From an uncultured Candidatus Saccharibacteria bacterium (GTDB taxonomy: Bacteria > Patescibacteriota > JAQUNI01): 64,000 bases of DNA. Below are positions 9,242 to 19,182 of this stretch, piece after piece (position 1 is the stretch's first letter; each line of letters opens with the position of its first letter). Position numbers and translations under genes: made by a program. Where the stretch lies: contig CAZKRD010000002.1 in NCBI GenBank assembly GCA_964555185.1, positions 120,438 through 184,437 on the forward strand, read 5' to 3'. The notes under the pieces were generated by a model that was given only the letters and a program-made list of their open reading frames with translations, was not told the DNA's origin and searched no databases.

Positions 9242-11113
9242 CTAGTTGAAAAATTTAAGATACCAAAGCAGGTAGATATAAATAGCCCAGATTTTCATCG
9301 CGTGGTCTTCCCTTCCTTGGCAGTGTTCTCTGATAAGGCGAGTGAGGTAACTTTTATTTATTTCCTCCGGACAGCTTTTATGGATAAGTCCCAGTATTTC
9401 CGGGGCAAGATCAGAGATCCATTTTGCCAGAGGCAGGCCGAAACCTTTTTTGAAGCGATAAATTATTTCTTTGGGCAGATACTTTTGGGCAATTTTTTTT
9501 AAAATGTATTTTGTTTCCCGGCCCCGCACCTTATATTCAAAAGGAATTTGGGCGGCGTATTCAATCACTTCCTTATCCAAGAAAGGAGAGCGGACTTCTA
9601 AGGAATGGGCCATGCTCTGGCGGTCTACTTTGTGAAGATACATATCGGCAAGCATTAATTTAGTGTCTAAGTAGATCATTTGGTCATTAGCTTTATCTTG
9701 TTGATGGTCGCGGAGCAGGAAATCAACATCTTCTCTAAAGAGTTTGTTGTCTATTTTTTGAGCTGGAAGCAGATCATTCTTTACTTCTTGGGGCGTAAAG
9801 GGGCTGACCCAAAATTGGTTGCGGTAGCGAGGAGGGTAAGGAAGACAAGCAATAAACCTTTTCGTTTTGTAATTGAATATTTTATTTTTTGGTTTTAACG
9901 GGAGCAAGGTTGTAAGTTTAGCAGCAAGGTTGTTTTTGATCACCCGAGGGAGCAGATCATACCAGGCCGCGTAGCGATGGATATAATATTTAGGATAGCC
10001 GCCAAAGGCCTCGTCTCCCCCATCGCCGCTTAGGGCGACACTGACTTTTGTCTTGGTAAATTTTGATAAGAGGTAAGTGGGCAGGATAGAGGGTTCGGCT
10101 AAGGGCTCGTCCATTTTTTCTAATATTTCAGAAAGGATGTCAAGCACTTCTGTGACCTTGAATATTTTCAGGTGGTGATCGGTATTATATCTGCGGGCAA
10201 CTATTTGGGCAAAGTTTGATTCGTTGAATTCTTTTTCTTCGAAACCAATCGAGAAGGTCTTAAGTTTCTTGCCTTTTAAAAACTTCGACATCATCGCGAC
10301 CACGAGGCTGCTGTCTAATCCCCCGCTTAAGAAAACGCCCAAGGGTACGTCGCTTACTAATCTTTTCTCCACCGCTGCTGAAATTTTTCGCTCCAGATTA
10401 AAAACAAGTTCCTTTTCCGGAGACTTCGTTTTTGGGGTGAACTTAAGATTCCAGTATCTTTTAACCTCCAGTTTCAGATTGCGAAGATTCAATTTTAAAT
10501 AGAAGCCAGGGGGTAGGCTTTTAACATTTTTAAAAAGAGTCTGGGGAGCGGGCGTGTAGCCAAAAGAGAAATATTTGATCATTCCCCTTTCACTTATTTT
10601 TTTGGGGAAGCGAGGGAAGAGGAGGATGGATTTGATTTCCGAGGCAAAGACAAATTCTTTGTTTTGAAAATAGTAATAGAGGGGTTTCTTCCCTAATCTG
10701 TCCCGGGCAATCAGGATCTCCCGGGCGCGCTTGTCATAAATGCAAAAAGCAAACATTCCCGAGATCTGCTCTAAGAGTTTTTCTTTAGATTCTTCATAGA
10801 GATGGACTAGAACCTCGGTATCTGTCTTAGTCGAAAACAGGTGGCCTCTGCTTTCCAATTTTTTTCTTAATTTAGCAAAATCATAGATCTCTCCGTTAAA
10901 GACAACCGCGATGCTTTTATCTTCGTTATAGATCGGTTGATTGCCGCCCGCAAGGTCAATGATTGATAACCGGCGGATCCCGATTGCAAAGTTGCGATCA
11001 AAGAATTCCCCCTTCGCATCCGGGCCGCGGTGTTTGATCGCCTCCTCCATTTTAGCAAGGATTTCGATTGGCCTCCTGATTCTTTGTGAATAGAATCCTG
11101 TTATTCCGCACAT
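9242..11113 (-). CDS. asnB: Asparagine synthetase (glutamine-hydrolysing)-family amidotransferase, as found in O-antigen/uronamide loci
   Basis: MCGITGFY with the catalytic Cys2. SGGLDSS PP-loop. 623 aa. Confidence 0.8.
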   Translation of the reverse strand: MCGITGFYSQRIRRPIEILAKMEEAIKHRGPDAKGEFFDRNFAIGIRRLSIIDLAGGNQPIYNEDKSIAVVFNGEIYDFAKLRKKLESRGHLFSTKTDTEVLVHLYEESKEKLLEQISGMFAFCIYDKRAREILIARDRLGKKPLYYYFQNKEFVFASEIKSILLFPRFPKKISERGMIKYFSFGYTPAPQTLFKNVKSLPPGFYLKLNLRNLKLEVKRYWNLKFTPKTKSPEKELVFNLERKISAAVEKRLVSDVPLGVFLSGGLDSSLVVAMMSKFLKGKKLKTFSIGFEEKEFNESNFAQIVARRYNTDHHLKIFKVTEVLDILSEILEKMDEPLAEPSILPTYLLSKFTKTKVSVALSGDGGDEAFGGYPKYYIHRYAAWYDLLPRVIKNNLAAKLTTLLPLKPKNKIFNYKTKRFIACLPYPPRYRNQFWVSPFTPQEVKNDLLPAQKIDNKLFREDVDFLLRDHQQDKANDQMIYLDTKLMLADMYLHKVDRQSMAHSLEVRSPFLDKEVIEYAAQIPFEYKVRGRETKYILKKIAQKYLPKEIIYRFKKGFGLPLAKWISDLAPEILGLIHKSCPEEINKSYLTRLIREHCQGREDHAMKIWAIYIYLLWYLKFFN

Positions 11114-11130
11114 AGCTTTAGTTCGATTTC

Positions 11131-11817
11131 TTAAATTTTTTTAAATTTTGCGAAGATAATCGCAAAACCTTTGCTTTTTTGGTATTCTTTATTTAACAGT
11201 TTTAGGATTTTGTTTTCAAAAAACAATTTTCTGCCAAAAAACCACTTGGCAAGATAGAGGTTATTTACTGCTAAAATTTCCCAGAAACGTCCACGCAGGC
11301 GCATATCTTGAAGCGCAAAACCGTTTTTGCGGGCCAAAGACTTTATTTCTCGTGTTGAGTAGTGACGGTGGCCAGAAAGCCACCAGGCCGGGTCAAAGGT
11401 GTTTGCTAAAAAGGATTGGTTTTGGGTCGATAAATAAAAAGACCCTTTTGGCCTTAGGACCCGACGAATTTCAGAGAACATCTTATTTTCTTTATTTTTT
11501 GGTATATGTTCAATCACTTCCCAGCTGACCACGGTGTCAAAATAATTTTGAGGGAAAGGGAGTTTGACAGCGCTCCCTGTTTTAAAGAAAACATTGTTTC
11601 TTTTAACGTTTCGGTTTGCGATCTCCAAGTTCTTTTTGGTAAGCTCTAGGCCAATGATTTTTCTGGATTCTTTCTGGGAGGCATACAATTCAAACCAGCC
11701 AAAGCCGCAGCCGATGTCCAGGATGATTTTGTTCTTGATGTCATTGTCTGCGACAAAACTTGCCGAGTATTTGGTGCGGCCGGCAAGGTTGCGAGCTGAT
11801 CCGATATTGATGTCCAT
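11131..11817 (-). CDS. Class I SAM-dependent methyltransferase
   Basis: ILDIGCGFGWFE motif I. VVSWEVIEHI. 228 aa. Confidence 0.65.
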   Translation of the reverse strand: MDINIGSARNLAGRTKYSASFVADNDIKNKIILDIGCGFGWFELYASQKESRKIIGLELTKKNLEIANRNVKRNNVFFKTGSAVKLPFPQNYFDTVVSWEVIEHIPKNKENKMFSEIRRVLRPKGSFYLSTQNQSFLANTFDPAWWLSGHRHYSTREIKSLARKNGFALQDMRLRGRFWEILAVNNLYLAKWFFGRKLFFENKILKLLNKEYQKSKGFAIIFAKFKKI

Positions 11818-11833
11818 TGTTTTTTGGTTTTAA

Positions 11834-12862
11834 TCACCAGTTTTTACGGTCCATCATCCTGGTTTTGTGGAAAACCAGCATTTCCAGAGAACGACTGGCG
11901 TAGATAAATAGAGTAATTAAACAGGCGATTGGATGGAAAAACCAAGCAGAATTTGGTTTTTTAGAGTAACCCCTGATTGCTTGCAGGCAGGTGGGAAAGA
12001 CAAGAGAGGAATAAAGGCAAAATTTGAATATCTTAGAGAGGCTTTTTTTGCTGGCCCAAGGGTAGACTCTTTTGTCGTTACCCTTGTTTTTGAAGTGCAG
12101 GAAATCAAGAATCCTTCTGGTTTGTTTACGGCAAAAGGTTTTTAAGTTCGGCGCATAAAGGTGATAAATACCCACATCTACTTTAGCAAAAGATTTGTGC
12201 TGGTTTACTGCCAGATCATAAGTGGCGTCAATATCAAAAAAGTAATCCTCTTTTGCATATTTTTCTACAGCTTTCTTCCTTACTAAAAAGCCGTTTGCTC
12301 CAATGGTGGGAAACTCGTCCCCGAGAGCTGCAACCTTAAGATATCTATCTTTTTTCTTTTGGCTTACTTTAATCCCGGTCCATTTGCCGGTTAGATAGTT
12401 GAAGCGATCATAATTTCCCAGAAACATACAGAGGGGGTCGTTTGCGCCGATTAACGAGCAGTACTGGTTGATTAGGCCCTCTTTTTTTCGGGTGTCATAT
12501 CTTAATGGCTCTGATCCTGTGATTTCTGGGTCGCGGAAGGGCCTGGTCATTTTAAGAAGCCAGTCCGGCCTGGGCAGAATATTGTCCGAGTCAATAAGCA
12601 GGATTAATTCGTTTTTCGCATTGTCAATCCCGGTTGCTTTTCCAGCTTCAGAAGTTTTAAGCGGGTTTTTGATTATCCGGGCGCGGAAACTTTTGGCAAT
12701 TTCTAAAGTGCTGTCAGTTGACCCTCCGTCTACAATAATAATCTCGATTAAATCCGGGGGGTAATCTTGTTTTTGGACAGAAGACAAAGACTCGCGCAAG
12801 GTGCGCGATGCGTTGAGGGTTGGCATAACCACGGATATTGAGGGGAGGTTTTTTAGCCGCAT
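11834..12862 (-). CDS. Glycosyltransferase family 2
   Basis: SVVMPTLN, IVDGGSTD, and DSDN (DxD). Confidence 0.7.
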   Translation of the reverse strand: MRLKNLPSISVVMPTLNASRTLRESLSSVQKQDYPPDLIEIIIVDGGSTDSTLEIAKSFRARIIKNPLKTSEAGKATGIDNAKNELILLIDSDNILPRPDWLLKMTRPFRDPEITGSEPLRYDTRKKEGLINQYCSLIGANDPLCMFLGNYDRFNYLTGKWTGIKVSQKKKDRYLKVAALGDEFPTIGANGFLVRKKAVEKYAKEDYFFDIDATYDLAVNQHKSFAKVDVGIYHLYAPNLKTFCRKQTRRILDFLHFKNKGNDKRVYPWASKKSLSKIFKFCLYSSLVFPTCLQAIRGYSKKPNSAWFFHPIACLITLFIYASRSLEMLVFHKTRMMDRKNW

Positions 12863-12904
12863 TTTACTCTTTAAGATAAAAAAAGAAGAGGACTTGAAGA
12901 GGAC

Positions 12905-13720
12905 TTAGAGAAAGGCGTCCTCTAGAGCGCGGGGGCAGGGGCAGGTTCGCCGCCCAGGGATAGATTCAATCATTTTAAGGATTAGTTTTTTAACCCTTTG
13001 CTCATTCTTTTTGAAAACCCGCAAAACCTCCTCCGCGGTTACGGGCTTTATATTTTGATACCCAGCAAGCCCTGTATCGTAATCCGTGATCAGAGCGACA
13101 TTAAGATAACAGATGGAAAGCTCACGTGCCAGAATTACTTCTGGGTAGGCGGTCATATTAATTACCTCCCAAGCCTGATCCTGAAACCATCTGCTTTCTG
13201 ATTTTGTCGAAAACCTGGGACCGGCAATCACCACGATCGTTCCTTTCTGATGATGGGGGATTTTTAGATTCTCGCAGGCTTTGTTTGCCACTTTCCGTAA
13301 GACTGGACAGTAAGGGTCGGCAGCGGAGATGTGGGCTGTTTGCGGGCCGTCAAAGAAAGTGTCAACTCGATTTTTGGTACGGTCAACAAATTGGTCGCAG
13401 ATCACAAAATCACCAGGTTTTACTTTCGGGTTCAGACTCCCACAAGCGCAGGGAGCAATAATTTGTTTCACGCCCAGTTTTTTCATCGCCCAAAGATTAG
13501 CGCGATAAGGGATTTTGTGGGGCGGTAGGGTATGGTTTTTACCGTGCCGCGGCAGGAAGGCAAGCCTTTTTCCTTTGTATTCGCCCAAGGTAATTTTGTC
13601 TGACGGCTTGCCATAGGGAGTGTCTACTTCTATTTTTTGCGGTTTTTGGAGCAGACTGTATAGTCCTGAACCGCCGAAGATACCGATATTAGCTTTGGCT
13701 TTTTTTGGTTTTGCAGACAT
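12905..13720 (-). CDS. mtnP: S-methyl-5'-thioadenosine phosphorylase (also cleaves 5'-deoxyadenosine)
   Basis: IGIFGGSGLY, full-length PNP/MTAP family, and ...HGKNHTLPPHKIPYRAN...VINMTAYPE.... Confidence 0.8.
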   Translation of the reverse strand: MSAKPKKAKANIGIFGGSGLYSLLQKPQKIEVDTPYGKPSDKITLGEYKGKRLAFLPRHGKNHTLPPHKIPYRANLWAMKKLGVKQIIAPCACGSLNPKVKPGDFVICDQFVDRTKNRVDTFFDGPQTAHISAADPYCPVLRKVANKACENLKIPHHQKGTIVVIAGPRFSTKSESRWFQDQAWEVINMTAYPEVILARELSICYLNVALITDYDTGLAGYQNIKPVTAEEVLRVFKKNEQRVKKLILKMIESIPGRRTCPCPRALEDAFL

Positions 13721-13827
13721 ACTGGCTATTTAATGTCAAATTTCAAAATCCAAATGACCAAAATTTGGCATTTGACATTTAGATTTGATTTGACATTTAT
13801 CATTTGAAATTTGAAATTTATTAACGG

Positions 13828-14346
13828 TTAGCTTTCAAATTTCAACAAAACGTGTTTTTTGTATCCTTTAATCTTCTTATATCCTTTTAGACTTAGCAAT
13901 TCTCCTAGGAGCGCAATGCCGATAATTTTAGCACCAAGTCTTTTAATAATTTTGATTGTTGCCTTGAGAGTATTCCCGGTCGCGAGAACATCATCAACAA
14001 TCAAAACCCTCTCCTCTGGTTTAATCGTGTCTTGGTGCATTTCCAAAACATCTTTGGCGTATTCATAGCTGTATTGTTCGCGAAGACACTTAAAAGGCAG
14101 TTTTCCTTTTTTGCGGACAATCGAGATGCCGGTTTTGAGTTTGTAGGCCACACCAGAAGCAAGTAGGAATCCTCGCGCATCAATGCCAACCACTTTTTGA
14201 ATTTTGGAATACTGAAAAGGCCTGGCCAGAGCGTTGATTGTATAGTGATAAACTCGAGCGTCTTCTAAGAGTGGCGTAATGTCTTTGAAACTTATTCCTT
14301 TCTTGGGAAAATCAGGGATTACCCTGATATATTTTTCTAGATTCAT
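13828..14346 (-). CDS. apt: Adenine phosphoribosyltransferase
   Basis: IPDFPKKGISFKDITPLL. PRPP-binding loop VLIVDDVLATGNT. I moved the start to the internal Met (MNLEKYI...) that matches the canonical APT N-terminus. The track ORF begins 13 codons upstream. Confidence 0.75.
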   Translation of the reverse strand: MNLEKYIRVIPDFPKKGISFKDITPLLEDARVYHYTINALARPFQYSKIQKVVGIDARGFLLASGVAYKLKTGISIVRKKGKLPFKCLREQYSYEYAKDVLEMHQDTIKPEERVLIVDDVLATGNTLKATIKIIKRLGAKIIGIALLGELLSLKGYKKIKGYKKHVLLKFES

Positions 14347-14431
14347 AATCTGTAAATTAGAAATGACTAATGCCCAAAATCCCAATTGGTAATTTTAGAT
14401 TTAATGAGAAGTTTCGTTAAGATCCTATATT

Positions 14432-14857
14432 TTACCCTGTATCTCTAAAGACATCAAATTTTTTGTAGGCTCGAAAGATTAAGAAGTAGGAAAGGGTTTT
14501 AAGGTGGTTCCCGATATCATCAAGGATAAGATGAAGGGTTAGACCAGAAGATAATCCAATTAGGATAGGGTTCCATTCTTTGTAATAGGTCAGAAGCCAG
14601 AGCAGTAATAGTAGTTCATAAGAATGAAGAGGAACATATGCCTTGTGGTTTTTTCGGCGCATGTAATTTTCAGTCAAGAAAAAGTCTTTGAGATTGAAAT
14701 ATCTGTCAGGCCGTGAGATCAAGAAATCAAGGATGTGGTCAAGATCAATAAAGATGCCGGAAAGAATCACTGCTAAACTCGCTGCTGTTGATTTTAGGAA
14801 ATAGTAGATTACGAGAGCTAAGACTACTGAAGAAAGGATATGGGTTCTTGGCTTCAT
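14432..14857 (-). CDS. Membrane-bound metal-dependent hydrolase (DUF457/YdjM-like)
   Basis: 141 aa, 3-4 TM helices. IFIDLDHILD... motif. Confidence 0.45.
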   Translation of the reverse strand: MKPRTHILSSVVLALVIYYFLKSTAASLAVILSGIFIDLDHILDFLISRPDRYFNLKDFFLTENYMRRKNHKAYVPLHSYELLLLLWLLTYYKEWNPILIGLSSGLTLHLILDDIGNHLKTLSYFLIFRAYKKFDVFRDTG

Positions 14858-14866
14858 TATTTTGTT

Positions 14867-16342
14867 TTAGGTTTTTGTTTTTTTAAAGTCAATAAGATGG
14901 CCAATGACGGCTTTCGCTCCCCGGCCAAAGTATCTAAGATCGTCAAGATTACGGATTGAGATCACTTGGCGGAAGATAAATTCGGGATCAAAGGCTACCC
15001 TATAGGTTTTTTGGACTAATTCTTGCAGTTTTTCCTCTGAGATTGGACTTTTCATAATCGCTTCACGCATATCGTAGCGATTCCAGTCCAAGGTCTTAAG
15101 CCAGCCCCGCTCTTTGCATTCTGAAAAAAGCGGGGTGCCTGGATAAGGAATCACGATTGTTGCCTGCAGGGTTTTGGCATACCCTTTGCGTAAGAGGTAA
15201 CAGCCCAATTTCATAGTTGCGCGTGCGTCTTCCTCTTTTTCCCAAGAGTAACCGAACATAATGGTTAAGTGAGGAGAGAGTCCGGCTTTAGCCGCCCTTC
15301 GGCAAGACTTTATAATTTTCTCGACGGTCATATTTTTATTGATTCTATCTAAGGTTTTCTGGCTGGCCGATTCCAAACCAAAGAGCAGAAAACGGAAGCC
15401 CGCTTCTCTCATTAATTGATAGCCTTTGCTATCCACAGCGTCAAACCGTAGATTACAATCCAAGACCATTTTTTGATTGTAACCCTTTTTGATCATCCCT
15501 TGACAGAAGCTTTGAAGCCATTTTCCTGTTGGTAGAGTGCCGGAGTCTTCCATAATTTCTCGGACACCTAAATTAATTAATCTGCCCACTTCTTCTACGG
15601 CCAATTCCGGACTTCTTGTTCTGTGAGTCCCTGGTGGAAAAAGAATGTGATTCCAGGAACAGAAAGTACACTTGCCCCACCAGCAGTCGCGGCCGCTCAT
15701 CATATAAGTACCGGGCGTGCGTGAGAAATTGCCATTCTGATAAGCATAGAGTTGCCATTTGGTCAGTTCGCGGTCAATAAAAGGGAGAGAGTCAAGGTTG
15801 TGATTTAATTGAAAAGGGCCTGTGTTTTTAATCTTTCCGTTTTCGCGAAACCAAAAGCCAGGTTTAAGCTCCTTCCCTTTCGAAAGATGATTAGCAAGAT
15901 TTAAGAGCATAAAGTCATAGTCGCCGCCGGTTAGGATATAGTCAACAGAAGAGTTCTCCAAGGATTCTTTAGGTAAAGATGTAACATGGTCACCCATCAG
16001 GGTAATTTCCAATTTCCAATTTCCAATTTCCAAATTTTTCTTTTTCAATTCGTCAATTATTTTCCAGTGATGCTTTACGGTTGGAGTTTTGGTTTCAATC
16101 GCGACGAGATCGGGTTTTTCTTTCAATATCCTTTTTTTCCATTCAGGGTAACTTAATTTTTCCGCGATACCGTCATCCCAAAAAATACCATACCCTTCTT
16201 TTTTTAACAGAGTAGCGGCATAGGCCGGCACCATTGGATAGATATAGGTGCAGGAGGAAAAAGTCTGATATTGCCGGTTTTGGCCGATCATCGGCGTCCC
16301 TTGTATTTTCGGCAGGGGTGGATAAGATATCGCAATTTTCAT
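14867..16342 (-). CDS. Class B (cobalamin-binding) radical SAM enzyme with atypical Cys spacing
   Basis: 491 aa. B12-binding-like N-terminus. The cluster motif is SGRDCWWGKCTFCSW, a CX4CX2C rather than CX3CX2C. It contains an in-frame (AATTTCC)x4 heptanucleotide repeat. Confidence 0.65.
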   Translation of the reverse strand: MKIAISYPPLPKIQGTPMIGQNRQYQTFSSCTYIYPMVPAYAATLLKKEGYGIFWDDGIAEKLSYPEWKKRILKEKPDLVAIETKTPTVKHHWKIIDELKKKNLEIGNWKLEITLMGDHVTSLPKESLENSSVDYILTGGDYDFMLLNLANHLSKGKELKPGFWFRENGKIKNTGPFQLNHNLDSLPFIDRELTKWQLYAYQNGNFSRTPGTYMMSGRDCWWGKCTFCSWNHILFPPGTHRTRSPELAVEEVGRLINLGVREIMEDSGTLPTGKWLQSFCQGMIKKGYNQKMVLDCNLRFDAVDSKGYQLMREAGFRFLLFGLESASQKTLDRINKNMTVEKIIKSCRRAAKAGLSPHLTIMFGYSWEKEEDARATMKLGCYLLRKGYAKTLQATIVIPYPGTPLFSECKERGWLKTLDWNRYDMREAIMKSPISEEKLQELVQKTYRVAFDPEFIFRQVISIRNLDDLRYFGRGAKAVIGHLIDFKKTKT

Positions 16343-17334
16343 TGATTTATTTCTCTCAAAGCGCTTTTTAGTTTTTTAGTGAAGATCAATCCTTGCAGGA
16401 AGCGCGCGCCATAGACAAGGTGGGTTAAGAAAACATATGGTATCGTTAACAAACCCACGGCTGGATTTTTTTCTTGGATCGTAGTAGCGATTACAGAGAT
16501 TAAGATTCCGAGACCATAGATTAGCCACAAGATCATTAAGAAATAGGAAAATAGAGAGTGCGGAGAGAGTGAGATCAAAACTAAACTTAGAAGCAGAAAG
16601 ATTAAGAAAAAGCTAGGGAGAAAATAGGAGATTTTCAATGAAGTTTCTGGAAATTTTTTGGCAAAAAAACCGCGGTGCAGACCATAACCCCCGATTTGTT
16701 TTAAATGGGCAAAGAGATTTTTGCGGCGGTGGTGGTAGGTTACCACCTTTGGATCGTAAACGATCTTACCGCCTTTTTTTATTATATTAAGACAGAGTTC
16801 AGTGTCTTCCCCGGGCCAGTATTTGGTTTTAAATCCTCTTAATTCTTCAAATTTTTTCTTGCGGATAAAAAAATTCACTGAAGGCCAGTCATAGATCATC
16901 TTTTTTTTCTTTCCGGGCAAATAGCGATCGCGAGCAGGGCCTGAAACCATAAAAGCGGAAAGACAAGCGCCAGAAGTTTTTTGGAGGATGCTGTCAGAAG
17001 GCGGAGTGATTGCTGGCCCGCCTAAGGCCGTGACTCTGCTGTTCTCGAAGTTTTTAGAGGCTCGGGAGAGCCAATCACGTTTTGGATAAGCATCGTCATC
17101 CAAAAAAGCCAGAATTTTTCCTCGAGTATGTTTTAGGGCGAAATTTCTTTTTTCTGCCGGCCCGATTTTTTCGGTTGGAATGATTTTTGTTTTCGGGAAT
17201 CCGTCTTTGGATTTTTTGTCTGGAAAGATCAGAATTTCAAAATTTTGATAATCAAGATTCAAGATATGGCGAATCGATTCGTGGATATAATCATTAATTT
17301 TAACAACCGGGATGATAATCGAGAACTTATACAT
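16339..17334 (-). CDS. Glycosyltransferase family 2 with a C-terminal membrane domain
   Basis: SIIIPV.., DDDAY (DxD), and hydrophobic C-terminal helices. Its stop overlaps the start of the upstream radical SAM gene in an ATGA arrangement. Confidence 0.65.
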   Translation of the reverse strand: MYKFSIIIPVVKINDYIHESIRHILNLDYQNFEILIFPDKKSKDGFPKTKIIPTEKIGPAEKRNFALKHTRGKILAFLDDDAYPKRDWLSRASKNFENSRVTALGGPAITPPSDSILQKTSGACLSAFMVSGPARDRYLPGKKKKMIYDWPSVNFFIRKKKFEELRGFKTKYWPGEDTELCLNIIKKGGKIVYDPKVVTYHHRRKNLFAHLKQIGGYGLHRGFFAKKFPETSLKISYFLPSFFLIFLLLSLVLISLSPHSLFSYFLMILWLIYGLGILISVIATTIQEKNPAVGLLTIPYVFLTHLVYGARFLQGLIFTKKLKSALREINQ

Positions 17335-17458
17335 TTAGTTCAAAGTTTAAAGTTCAAAATTCAAAGTTTAGTTCAAAATTCAAAGTTTTTAGTTTCACAA
17401 CTTTAAACTTTTGACTGTAATTTTTAACTTTTCACTTTGTACTTTGAACTGTTGAATT

Positions 17459-18409
17459 TCAGCGAGTCTGTGGCTGTTGAAAGTATTTAATTGTCCTTTT
17501 CAAGCCTTGATCTAATCCTACCTTTGGTTCCCATTTCAGTTTCTTGCGGGCCAGGGTGATGTCTGGTTTTCTCTTGGTCGGATCGTCTTGGGGTAGGGGC
17601 AAAAATTTAATTTTAGAGCGCGAACCCGTTAGTTTAATAATTTTCTTTGCCAGATCAATGATTTTGGTTTCTTTGGGATTGCCGAGATTAAAGGGTCCAA
17701 CTTCATCGCTTTGCATCATTTTAATAAGACCAGAGACTAAATCGTCAACATAAGAAAAGGAGCGGGTTTGCTCTCCTTTACCATAGACAGTCAGGGGTTC
17801 TCCTTTTAAAGCCTGATTAACAAAATTAGGGATTACCCGTCCGTCATTTACCCGCATCCGAGGACCATAGGTATTAAAGATCCGAACCATCTTAGCCTTT
17901 ACTTTATACTTGCGGATATAATTCATAACCAGACTTTCGGCAAAACGTTTGCCCTCATCATAACAGGAACGGAGGCCCAAGGTATTGACATAGCCTCGGT
18001 AGCTTTCTTTTTGAGGGTGGACTTGAGGGTCGCCGTAAATCTCGGAAGTAGAAGCGTGGAGCACGGTCGCCTGGTGTTCCATTGAGAGATCCAATATGTG
18101 GTTTAGACCTTCTGAACAGACCTTTAGGATTTTAATCGGATAGCGTGGGAAATCAACAGGCGAAGCTGGACAGGCTAGATTATAGATTTGGCCTATTTTA
18201 TCGGGCAGGGGCGGAATCCCTTCGGTGATGTTATGATCAATAAAAATAAAGTTGGGATTAGAAAGTAAACCCTCGATATTTTGATAAGACCCTGTTAGGA
18301 GATTGTCCACGCAGATTATTCTATTGTTTTTGATCAATTTGCGGACTAAGTGCGAGCCAATAAAACCCGCGCCGCCAGTAATCAGGATTGTTTTTTTAGA
18401 TTTAGGCAT
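17459..18409 (-). CDS. UDP-glucuronate decarboxylase (UDP-xylose synthase)-type SDR
   Basis: ILITGGAGFIGSHL, YDEGKR, 316 aa. This architecture is typical of UXS/ArnA-C. Confidence 0.7.
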   Translation of the reverse strand: MPKSKKTILITGGAGFIGSHLVRKLIKNNRIICVDNLLTGSYQNIEGLLSNPNFIFIDHNITEGIPPLPDKIGQIYNLACPASPVDFPRYPIKILKVCSEGLNHILDLSMEHQATVLHASTSEIYGDPQVHPQKESYRGYVNTLGLRSCYDEGKRFAESLVMNYIRKYKVKAKMVRIFNTYGPRMRVNDGRVIPNFVNQALKGEPLTVYGKGEQTRSFSYVDDLVSGLIKMMQSDEVGPFNLGNPKETKIIDLAKKIIKLTGSRSKIKFLPLPQDDPTKRKPDITLARKKLKWEPKVGLDQGLKRTIKYFQQPQTR

Positions 18410-18420
18410 AATGTTAAGAT

Positions 18421-19182
18421 TTAAGATTTATTATATTTTCTTATCATCTTTTCCCGTATTGCTTTAGGTTTATCATAAAACTTCAAAATTTTCAAGCGAT
18501 AGAAGACTGCTAAGGTATCGCGCAAAGATTTGTTTATCGAGCTCAATTTTATTGAACTGTGGCCAAAGTCCATTTTGAGATTTACTGGAATCTCCATAAT
18601 CTTATAGCGATAGTGGTGCGCTAGCGCCAAAAGCTCAATATCAAAGGCATAGGCTTTGACCAGGACCCTGGGGAAGATCCTAGAGAGCGCCTCTCTTTCA
18701 AAAAGTTTTAGCCCTACCTGACTGTCCTTGACCTTCATTTGGAAAAGAAGCTTAATTAGAGCTTGTGCTGATCGACTTAAAAACCGACGGCTAAGAGGGT
18801 AGATCACTTGAGAGTCAGGGTGCCTTTTTGAACCAATAATAACTGGTGTTTTATATTTCTGATAATATTCAAGGATTTCTTTGATATGAATAGGGTCAAA
18901 CTCCAAGCCAGCATCAAAGAAAATAATCAGATCACCTTGTGTTTGAGCAAATCCATACTTTAGGGCATAGCCCTTCCCTCTATTTTGAGGATAACCCAAG
19001 ATTTTGGTCTGGCTGCTGCGGTAATCCGAGGCCACCTTGAAGGTGTTGTCCTCCTTTCCATCGCAGATCACGATAATTTCCCAAAAATAAGGGAGGGTTT
19101 TTAGCAGGTTTTGCACCGCCTCAATGGTTTGGGCGATTTTACCCTCTTCGTTATAGGCAGGGATTAGGATTGAGACTTTCAT
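18421..19182 (-). CDS. Glycosyltransferase family 2 (polyprenol-phosphate sugar transferase-like)
   Basis: SILIPAYNEE, CDGKEDNT, DAG motif. 253 aa. Confidence 0.65.
   Translation of the reverse strand: MKVSILIPAYNEEGKIAQTIEAVQNLLKTLPYFWEIIVICDGKEDNTFKVASDYRSSQTKILGYPQNRGKGYALKYGFAQTQGDLIIFFDAGLEFDPIHIKEILEYYQKYKTPVIIGSKRHPDSQVIYPLSRRFLSRSAQALIKLLFQMKVKDSQVGLKLFEREALSRIFPRVLVKAYAFDIELLALAHHYRYKIMEIPVNLKMDFGHSSIKLSSINKSLRDTLAVFYRLKILKFYDKPKAIREKMIRKYNKS

Noticed and set aside
13721-13827. tRNA or rRNA genes in the longer intergenic regions (13721-13827, 21401-21642, 46282-46720, 57392-57601, 63510-63680)
   Set aside because: None has a cloverleaf with the conserved GTTC/T-loop and anticodon arm arrangement. 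The structured 57440-57600 region folds as two simple hairpins, not a tRNA.
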